64,000 nt of DNA from Balanoglossus misakiensis (lineage: Eukaryota > Animalia > Hemichordata), in NCBI GenBank assembly GCA_040954595.2, contig CM082585.2:9350564-9414563 (forward strand). Reading direction: 5' to 3'. A model generated the notes under the pieces. That model ran no database searches. It was not told where the DNA came from and was given only the letters and a program-made list of their open reading frames with translations. The position numbers and the translations under genes are program-made. Positions within the stretch are counted from its first letter, which is position 1. Every line of letters begins with the position of its first letter. Positions 39,680 through 48,825 of the stretch are shown piece by piece.

Positions 39680-40931
39680 TCACACATAGGACAGATAGTA
39701 CTGAAGTCCCGGATCAGTAGACCAGGTGGAGATGACGTCACCTCCACTCACATCAACCCTATCGATTGCCCCACTGTTTTCTGTCTTCATGTATTTGTTC
39801 ACCGACTGACCGGATTCCAGTGCGTTGTAATCCCGGAGGGTGTAGTATGTCTTTGGCGCGTTGAATTGAATACGAAAGGTCATGTGCAACTGGTCTTCTC
39901 CGTTTGTGACTACTGGCGGTTCCGTTGGGTCTGCAGGGGCCGGGAAACCCTGAAACAGATAGCGATAGAATGGTACTCGTTTTTGCATGTTGTCGAAAAA
40001 AGTTTGGCTGCATGTTGGTTACCATCCATCCGTCCGCCCGTATGCACTATTTCTGTACTTAGGCCTACATACATACTGTACAGTCATGCACTTTCTTCAT
40101 AATGATACAGGTACATGTATGTGTGTGTTGAACGAAGATTATTACCTTCGCTTGAATGCCGGATTTTGTCCACTGCAACATGTATATCTTACTACTGTCT
40201 GCCTTTTTGCCGATCCGGTTGCCAGGGATACCAAACTGGACCGGGGTACTATCAGATGGTGTGGGCCTCTCCTCCTCTGGCTCATCCACGACGTAAAACC
40301 GAAATTTGCCTGGTAAAATGGATTAATCAGTACTTAGTTTATGGCCATTTACACTGGTGTGACAAATCGCTTTTATTTTCAAGAACTCAAGTACAATCAT
40401 GTATCAATGCAGATTTTTCATTCAAGAACTGAATCAGTGTGCAATATCACTTACTGTTGCTATCATACGTCCCTTTCCCATCAACTTGGAACGTGTTGCT
40501 GGACAATTTTTTCTTCACTTGCCAGAAGCCATTACTCTGACGGCTTAACAATGACCAAATTCTGACGTTGTCGCCTTGTTTGGGCCACACGACAATAAGC
40601 GGACCAGTCTGAAATGAACGAAGGATATCTAAAGGGTCAACTATTTGTAGTATGAACATGTTAGTCCAAGACAGTCCCCCATAAATGATTACAAATCTTG
40701 GTGGTTTGAATAGCCTTGGGCGTGGGGGTCAGCTTGCGAACAGTGAACGACGGATCATACATGTAAATTTATAGCTAGTCTGATCGAAACTTTCCGATTG
40801 TTCTGAAACTTGGATTACTGTGAAAAACTTACTGCTCTTGGTAATTGGCCTGGCCCACCACTTTCTCCGCTGGACACGGGTTCTAGTTCCTTGTGGTCAT
40901 CCAAGTTGGTTTGTAGGTCAGTCTGAGACAT
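39680..40931 (-). CDS. Leaderless putative beta-trefoil (IL-1/FGF-fold) cytokine-like protein, paralog B, 228 aa
   Basis: Exons 40931-40833, 40608-40455, 40309-40146 and 39949-39680 splice in frame: MSQTDL..LIVVWPKQGDNVRIWSLLSRQSNGFWQV..VDGKGTYDSNSKFRFY..PVQFGIPGNRIG..IYMLQ..TFRIQFNAPKTYYTLRD..YMKTENSGAIDRV..DPGLQYYLSYV. Core intron positions and phases (0,1,0) match paralog A. Confidence 0.8.
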
Positions 40932-41339
40932 CTTGGAGACTTGGTTAATCTTAGCGTATATACTAGGTACTGTATTCAACTTGAAGAACTCCAGGCGCGA
41001 ATGCACACTACAACAAGGAATGACAAACTGTGTTTCTGTCTGGTGTCTACGAAATTGAAGTCTATATAAAGCCTGGCCTTACTGTATGTCAATGTACTGT
41101 GTATGCCCTTTCTGTTTCGAGATCAGTGTGGAACACATACAATGTAAATTCTGGTCAGGTCAATTGTCAGGGTCATCATATCCGGTTGGTCTTTTCCGAA
41201 AATGCAGGATACTAGTGTTCAAAGAAAGTAAACCAAAAACAAATAGGGAAACAAGGTGGATGACCTCAACACGGATCATAGCTAGCTGGGTACTATAATC
41301 CTCGGCAAGCCAGCCCATGTATATGCGCTTATTTTGACA

Positions 41340-41349
41340 GGGGATCCCC
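41340..41349. promoter_or_regulatory. Palindromic NF-kB-type site GGGGATCCCC upstream of paralog B
   Basis: Matches the kB consensus GGGRNWYYCC and lies ~410 bp upstream of the ATG. Function not shown. Confidence 0.4.
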
Positions 41350-41940
41350 CGCGACCACGGGTGTTTACGTCATATACACACGGAAACTGTATCAGGTCGT
41401 CCAAGCCGTGTTGATTGGGCCGGCAGTGTTTAGGTGTAGGACGACCCCCGGAACACATTTTTGTCTTTGAGCAAATTTAGCTGTTTTTGGTAAAACAATT
41501 CTACTCTGAAAATTCATGTCCAGTCGCTTTTAAATGTGAGAATACTGGTGCCTTGGTAGTGATCTCAGTCTGATTGTTCTGCATGTTGTTGGTACACATA
41601 ATCCTGAGGATGACCTTTGTTCAACTTAGTTCGCTCACAGTATAATGAAGTCACATTTTGGTATGTCAGAGAAAATTCCTTTTAATTGGCTCTACTTGTA
41701 GTCTATACCTGTTGCACCGAGGTCAGTTTGATTCGCTTGGATTAAACTATTAAACTACATGTGCAATATCGCCACAGCAATAAACATAAACTAGCTAGTG
41801 TAATTATTAATATAAAATTCATACACGAACGTGACTAAACCCAAACCAACGAGTGTGACAGTTTTTATATAATTGTATAACACCATCGTTCAACGACAAT
41901 TTAACCTCTTTCGTGCGGTACTGATTTTCGTCGGTAGCAT

Positions 41941-42753
41941 TCAACTTTCCAAGTCGCATTGACAGTGATTATGTCGTGTGACGACAGCGTTCGAGTCAAA
42001 AGAAAAGGCAGTATTTTCCAGAGCGTATTGCTGAACTCTTTTCTTTCCGGGTGCGTGGGCACCACGCAGTTCAGATTTGTGGAAACTGCAATTCACGATC
42101 GACAGCGCGATTATGACTACAATGAAAACCGCCGACACTACCAAAGTGGCGATCAGAATGTGTAATTGTTCGCCTGTGAGTTCGTTACTCTTCGGGGCAT
42201 GGTCTGTATGGCCGTTCATGTGATGGTCCGGGTCGTGTTCCGTCGAGTGGTTCATGTGATGGCCGGGATCATGTTCTGTTGAGTGATTCATGTGTTGGTT
42301 CGGATCATGTTCCGTCGAGTGGTTCATGTGATGGCCGGGATCATGTTCTGTTGAGTGATTCATGTGTTGGTTCGGATCATGTTCCGTCGAGTGGTTCATG
42401 TGATGGCCGGGATCATGTTCTGTTGAGTGATTCATGTGTTGGTTCGGATCATGTTCCGTCGAGTGGTTCATGTGATGGCCGGGATCATGTTCTGCCGAGT
42501 GGTTCATGTGATGGTCGGGATCATGTTCTGTTGAGTGATTCATGTGTTGGTTCGGATCATGTTCCATGGTGTCGTTCATGTCATGGCTCGCGTTGTGGCC
42601 CATAGTGTGGTTCATGTTCTGGTTCATGTCTCCCATCTCCGTCACCATGGGATTCGTTGGTAGAGACGTCGCTTGGTGGCCTTCACTGCCGCGGACCACG
42701 TTGAACAAAAGGGCCACAAGTATGAGATGTATAGTGCCACCACGCACTCCCAT
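41941..42753 (-). CDS. Single-pass membrane protein with a His/Met-rich 12-aa repeat ectodomain, 270 aa
   Basis: Single coding exon just after a pyrimidine-AG acceptor. Signal peptide MGVRGGTIHLILVALLFNVVRGS; ~10 repeats of (T/A)EHDP(NQ/GH/DH)HMNHS; TM LHILIATLVVSAVFIVVIIALSIV; short cytoplasmic tail. Confidence 0.85.
   Translation of the reverse strand: MGVRGGTIHLILVALLFNVVRGSEGHQATSLPTNPMVTEMGDMNQNMNHTMGHNASHDMNDTMEHDPNQHMNHSTEHDPDHHMNHSAEHDPGHHMNHSTEHDPNQHMNHSTEHDPGHHMNHSTEHDPNQHMNHSTEHDPGHHMNHSTEHDPNQHMNHSTEHDPGHHMNHSTEHDPDHHMNGHTDHAPKSNELTGEQLHILIATLVVSAVFIVVIIALSIVNCSFHKSELRGAHAPGKKRVQQYALENTAFSFDSNAVVTRHNHCQCDLES
42212..42565. repeat. Coding minisatellite, 36-bp unit with alternating variants (72-bp higher-order period)
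   Basis: Alternating GGATCATGTTCTGTTGAGTGATTCATGTGTTGGTTC and GGATCATGTTCCGTCGAGTGGTTCATGTGATGGCCG units. Confidence 0.9.
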
Positions 42754-44146
42754 CTCGTCAGAGCTGCAAGTGGAGAAAACACAAATGAGTCATTTGGAAA
42801 CAAGCAAATCCAGCTTCCATGATCCATTCCGGTATCGTTTCCAGTTTTCCGTTTCGTTCTAAACATAAGAATCGTCTCACAGACAAGTGAAAGTGATCAG
42901 AGATCCTCGCCAACTTCATTTGTTGACGTGGACAACTCTATAGATATATACAGTAAACTCTTTGACCATGCATGGAAACCTGCGCATAACATGGCAGCTA
43001 AAATCAAAAGAATAGTGCCTCTCGACAGATGGTTATTAATTTCAGTGAAGCAAAACGCCGTTTATATTTCATGCAAATACATCCACTAGTTCAGACAGCT
43101 TCAAGTTCGTTTGCATAACACATGCACACAAGATCGATTTCTAAAGCATTCATTAGAAAGCAACAGACAATCAGTGTGAGAAAAGTTTCTCGGCTTCAAA
43201 TTTTACCAGATTAAAAAGGACACAAAATTGGTTGCTATATACACGTGGTGATCGTGCTCATGGGCGTACCACATGCTATGATAGGTGGGTCCTGGAGATT
43301 CGCGCAAGAGTGCCAATGGTACGTTTCAGTCGACCATGGAGATTCGACCAAAATGGTTCCCCACCAGGTTGAATAACCGGATTACACTCGACAATGCCTA
43401 AATATTCAACTCGTTCGGAGATTTCAATTGCTTTTCTTAGGCCTACCTACCTTTGTAGTTGTACGTTGAAGGTTTTATAATTATTGGACTATAGGCCTAC
43501 TTCTGATCGCTCTGTAGATCTTTCTCGTCGCATCTGTGGCCGAGCAGTTTTTGTTGTCAATCCAGATTAAAAAGGACACTGCCTCTTGTGACGACTGCCT
43601 CTTGACTTAGTATCGGTGCACGGTGTCTACAAAGGTCACCTTCGTTCACTCGCATTCAAACACCAGAGGGTCAGGAGTCACTTTTGGCTTCACAGACGCG
43701 ACGGTATTTCAGGATGAGTAATGGCGGTTCCTGAACAAAAGTGAGGTTGCACGCAAGAATGTGAACACAATAGCTATTGGCCTACATGTACATGTATATT
43801 ATTATTATGTATAGGCCTATGTATTATGTCACTGAGGACTATTGTACCCTAATCTGAATTTGAGCCTAGTCTGAGCTCGGTAGTGTATGTATGTATGGAT
43901 GGATTACTAGTATGTTCCAAGGGCTGTAGGCCTATCCATGCAGGCACACGGGCTTCCCAAAACCCGGTGAACAAGGATGGGACGTATAAGAAATGGTTCA
44001 AATACATTGCTAAGAAAGGCCATCGGCTATTGCGTGTATATTCGGCGTACTGTGAGAAAGAACATCAACAGATTATTCTCTGAACAAGATCGCGAGAAGT
44101 GGTCTATTGTCATTGAGATATAAATGCCCGCATGCATCCAAGCATG

Positions 44147-44521
44147 TAGTCTGGTTCCCTGCCCCAATCCCACCGCTGGCTGCGCTATGCTAAAGGGAAA
44201 GGGTCAGGCACGGCCTATTGTAAACATGGCTCTCATTGGTCAATACATACGAAAATTAAGTTGTTAAATTGATAAGTTGTTGTAAGATACTCATTTCCCG
44301 TTCTCTCCTTCACCTCCATGAATGTTTATCATTCGATTTCCAACTTTACAACAAACGAAACAAAATAAACTGCCTGGATGAATCTTGACTGGCATACGGA
44401 CATTGGAGGCATCCATCTTGTTTCACACCCAGGTTTCTGGGTGTGAAATCGGGCCGTACCTGACCCCTTTCCCTTTAGCGTAGCGCAGCCAGCGGTGGGA
44501 TTGGGGCAGGGAACCAGACTA
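44147..44521. mobile_element. MITE with ~68-bp TIRs (TAGTCTGG...) and a 9-bp target site duplication CCAAGCATG
   Basis: CCAAGCATG|TAGTCTGGTTCCCTGCCCCAATCCCACCGCTGGCTGCGCTA...TAGCGCAGCCAGCGGTGGGATTGGGGCAGGGAACCAGACTA|CCAAGCATG, with the TSD at 44138-44146 and 44522-44530. Confidence 0.9.
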
Positions 44522-44574
44522 CCAAGCATGCATTGAGCCAACCTCAATGAACCCTGGGAAATGAAACATCTCCA

Positions 44575-44587
44575 GCCGCCATATTGA
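44575..44587 (+). promoter_or_regulatory. YY1-like motif (GCCGCCATATTG) near the zinc-finger gene start
   Basis: Matches CCGCCATNTT and lies ~65 bp before the first ATG, a typical TSS-proximal position. Confidence 0.4.
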
Positions 44588-44644
44588 ATTTATAGTACAT
44601 CTGGCCGTTGTTGTTCGTCGTTGTCCATTCCGATTTCCCACGAA

Positions 44645-47600
44645 ATGTCGTAAGTATTGCTATTGAACAACTTGTTAATTAAAATTAGAGGATTGACGTA
44701 ATGCTTCGCTGAGCATTGTTTAATGACATTCTGTAAACTGCGAAGTAATCTTCGCGTCACATTTTAAGCGCGAGTTGGACGATAAAATCTTACGCTATGC
44801 TCCCATATATACATGTATTGCAATTTTGTTCACTGTTTACAACAAGTCAAACGTTGCACTTTTTCTGCTCTTAAGTCACAAATGATTCGGCTTTTTAGTC
44901 TGGGTCGGCGGTGATCGCCCCAAACATCTGCTTGCTGCATCAACTCAGCTAAGATGCGGAGGGCCTAGGGATGGCCAATGACATTAGGGAGGGGGGGGGG
45001 GGGGGGCTAGGGATGGATATACCGAAATCTCCGCTACCACCTTCACGTTTTGTGTATGTCTTCTTCCTTAAAAATACATGCTTTCCCTTAAAATACATCT
45101 ACAGCGAAGCAAATCAAATGGAGGAGAACCCAGTTCCACAGGATGCGCAGTTGGGACTTGAGGGCGCTGTTGTAAGAAGTAGGTTTAGTGTAGATTAATT
45201 CATGCGTTTTATAGTACATATACTTTAAATTTTAATAGAAATGCATGGGGGTTCATTTTAGGACTGCACCTGTAATAGCATCAGATTATTATCTGTCATG
45301 CAGGGTCTCATAGAATACAAGAGAAGTGGACGCACAAAAAACGGAAAGTGGAACAAAGTGACGGCGAAAATGATGATAATGATGATGAGAGAACTCCACT
45401 AACAGCAGTTAAGCAGTTCAAGACTGAGAGAGTTGTTATACAGAATTCCCCAGAACTCAAAAGCAGGTGGCGTGAAGTTAAAAGCTTGTCCGGTTTTTCA
45501 TCGGATAAAGATTTCATGAGACATTTGCTTGATTTAGAGACGACGAGAACAGTCCAGGATACAGACAGGTAAATAATTGTTTTGCAGTGTGTCCAAATCC
45601 ATTGTTTTCTATGGTTAAGTTGGACTTCTGCTGTTAAACATGGGGGTGGATGTGGATTACTTGTTACATTGTTATGTGGGACAGCTTGTAAATAATTTTG
45701 TCTGCTTTTTTTCTTTTAGGTCTGAAGAAACCAAGTCTGTCGGTCATAGCGTTGGAAACCTCACAGAATACGGGAATGCCAAAAGTGAAAGTTCTGGAAC
45801 ACGGAACAAAAATATTCCTGAATGGAAAGTTCCATCCTTGGCATCTGGTGATGAGGCTGTTGCAGAGACAAGCAGGAAGGTGACGGAAAGCCATGGGAAT
45901 AGCAGTGCGGATGGAAAAGTATTTATATGCAGTGACTGTGGAAAATTTTACAAGTCCTACGGAGGTACGTCTGCATACTGAGTGTCATGCATGTCTGTGA
46001 AATCCTGGCCTTGGACAATGTTCGAGAATTTTGCAAAATTACACTGGCCTGTTGAAATATACACTAGCCTCAATATTCATAGAAATTTTCACAAAAAATG
46101 TTCATTAATCCCAAACATATTGCGATCAACAATCAGTATATTTCTCCCACCAACAGGTTTGTATCTTCACAAGAAAGTACACAGAGGTCAGAAAGAGTTC
46201 AAATGTAACCACGGCGACTGTGGGTATGAATCCTTCTACAAGGGCAATCTGGAGAAGCACATAGCCAGCGTCCATGAGGCCAAACCAGTTCCGGTTAAAA
46301 GGGTCCAGTGTTCATTATGTGGCAAGATGTACCGCAAGTGTAGACTGGAGGCCCACATTCGTTCCCACACTGGTAAGAAAACAAACAAAATCAAGACAAA
46401 CAAACGCACAATGTTAAAATGGAGCTTGCTTTATTGTGAATTTGCACAATTACTGTACAGTACGTTTCTGTATAAATACAGAATTGTACTGTCATGAATG
46501 TAAGTTTTATCCTAAATTTCCCACAAGGGTTCACTTTTGATATGTCTGGCCAGTATGAAACAGTTGTGGCCATTCTATTTATTTTGAGTACACAACTATA
46601 ACTCACTAACATAACAATTGATTTTATAGTCTTTGTCTGTCTGACAATGCATTATAGTCACCACTTTCATGTCTGATTTTATTCAAACAGTGTTTTGTTT
46701 TGTTCACAGGTGAGAGACCATACTGTTGTGAGATGTGTGGAAAAACATTTACAAGTCAACATGACCTGTCATGCCATCAACGCAACATCCATTTTGTCAA
46801 CTTGCGCTACGTGTGCGAACACGACTCCTGCGGAATGGCCTTCCAGCAGAAACACCAACTCCGGGAGCACGACGAAAAAGTTCACCAGGGCACCCGGTTC
46901 CCCTGTCCCATCGAGAAATGCACCAAGGTGTTCACCCTCAAGCGGTACCTCCAGAAGCACACGAAGACGCACTTTGACCTGAGCCGGAAGTACGTCTGCC
47001 ACTGGGCCGGGTGCAGCCGGGCGTTCCGGGAGAGCAAGAATCTGAAGGTTCACCTCCTGGTGCACACGGACGAGAAGCCACTCCAGTGCCCGTTCTGCGA
47101 CTTCAAGTGCCGGCAGAGGGCGTCCATCAAGTGGCACCTCAAGAAGTGTCAGCAGAAGAAAGCCGGGGACGATTCTGCAGACGCTGCGCAAGAACACACG
47201 GACTATGCATCGGTGCCTGACTCAGCAGGGATCTCAGGTCCTGTGTGCGGTCTTAGCGTTGCTGATTCCGCGCAGCAATCGCACACTTGCGTCGAAGACA
47301 GTGCCACTGGGGACGACCCTCCCGAGACTGTCACAGACAGTGTGCAGACACAAGATCAGCCGATCCCAACACCTGGCAGCGGCGAACCGACAACGACTCC
47401 CTCGCGGCAAGAAACTGTTATATCCATAGCGGGGAAAGAGCACGTGCATGATGGTGTTGTTGTACAGGGCACGAACACTGGCAGCGAAGTCAGCCTGAAT
47501 GTTGTGCACATCCTGCTGAACATGGAAAGCAATGAGCACAGCATACAAATCCCCACGGACGACTCGGGACCGGTGCAAACTGAAGAGCGGATGCAAAGTG

Positions 47601-47761
47601 TGGACCTTGACCCTTCAGATGAAGTGGTCAGTGCGGCTGCCACGCTGCAGTCCATAGCCATGCCATCGAGTGCCAGCGCCACCATGGCAGAGACTGGCAC
47701 CAGTGCTGATGATGATACGAACACTGCGGAAACAACCAACAATGCAACAGTACCACCGTAG
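44645..47761 (+). CDS. C2H2 zinc-finger protein (8 fingers), ZFP91/ZNF653/ZNF692-like, ~618 aa
   Basis: Exons 44645-44649, 45105-45178, 45304-45568, 45720-45964, 46157-46372 and 46710-47761 total 1857 nt in frame. HTGERPY linker present. The last fingers, NLKVHLLVHTDEKPLQCPFCDFKCRQRASIKWHLKK, resemble the ZFP91-family EKPLQCEICGFTCRQKASLNWH. Acidic, disordered C-terminal tail. The first two exons are less certain. Confidence 0.88.
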
Positions 47762-48825
47762 GGGAAGCTACTAACAATGCTACTGAACCACCATAGCTGA
47801 GACCACTGCCCATACCACCAGTATCACTCAGTGAAGCAGGGACTAATAGCATAAGTGTCGTTGACATAATTGGACAAAACTAAGCCATGGCTACATGTAA
47901 AAAAACACTCTTTTTGATGGGTCAGATTTGGTAGGAGCCCACACTTATACATTGAAAGTCAGTGATGACAATTCTATGCCCTAGATCAGCTTATGATTTA
48001 TGCACGGACTTTAAAAACAAACGGAATGCGTCTGAGGAAATTGGTGGCGCTGTTCGTAACCAGTCGTGGTATGACCCAACGTGTCTTCCGGAGGAGCGAT
48101 GCGACAATATATGTATGTATCACATAGCATTGTATTTCGCATTGTGCTGTTATTACAAGATTGTTTCCAGATGATGAATTAAAGACAATGACAACGATAA
48201 ATTGAGTATCAAATTTATTCTTTCATTCCCTTGCAAGATACAGAAATTATTTCATTCCAACAGTCCATCTAAATACTTATCGTTTTATAAGTAAGATGTA
48301 ACATGCATGGCGACCCATATTGCAATCATTCCGTTATCAAATATCCCAAACTATTTTGTCTCGGCAAATGAGTTTAATTCTGCGCATTAATTTCATTTTC
48401 AACCACACTATAACGATGCTGTACAGGTATAAGGACTTGTGTTGTAAGCTGAATACTGTACGGGTATCTCTTACTACGGTTTTACATTTTGGCAGTGTTG
48501 GGTTCATGTCGGGGAGAGATCAGATGAACGTCGAGGAAAAAAGTTAACGTTGAAAAAAGTTAAAGTTAAATGCCGATACCCACAAAAGGCACACACTGAG
48601 TCTAACTCCTCAAAGGGACTAGCTCTTTACTAAGTGTATACGGTCGTTGTTCGACCAAAATTGGCCGAGTCTGACGGTTCAAAATCATGGTGTCATACGT
48701 GACCAGGGGGACGTCGGGAACGGATGGCGAATATGCTGCCTCACTTCTCCGAACAATATGTTGCCCTCTCCCGTTTCTTGGGTAAGATATTGGCGTGGTG
48801 GTTACACGACTGGTCGTTTCTCCGA

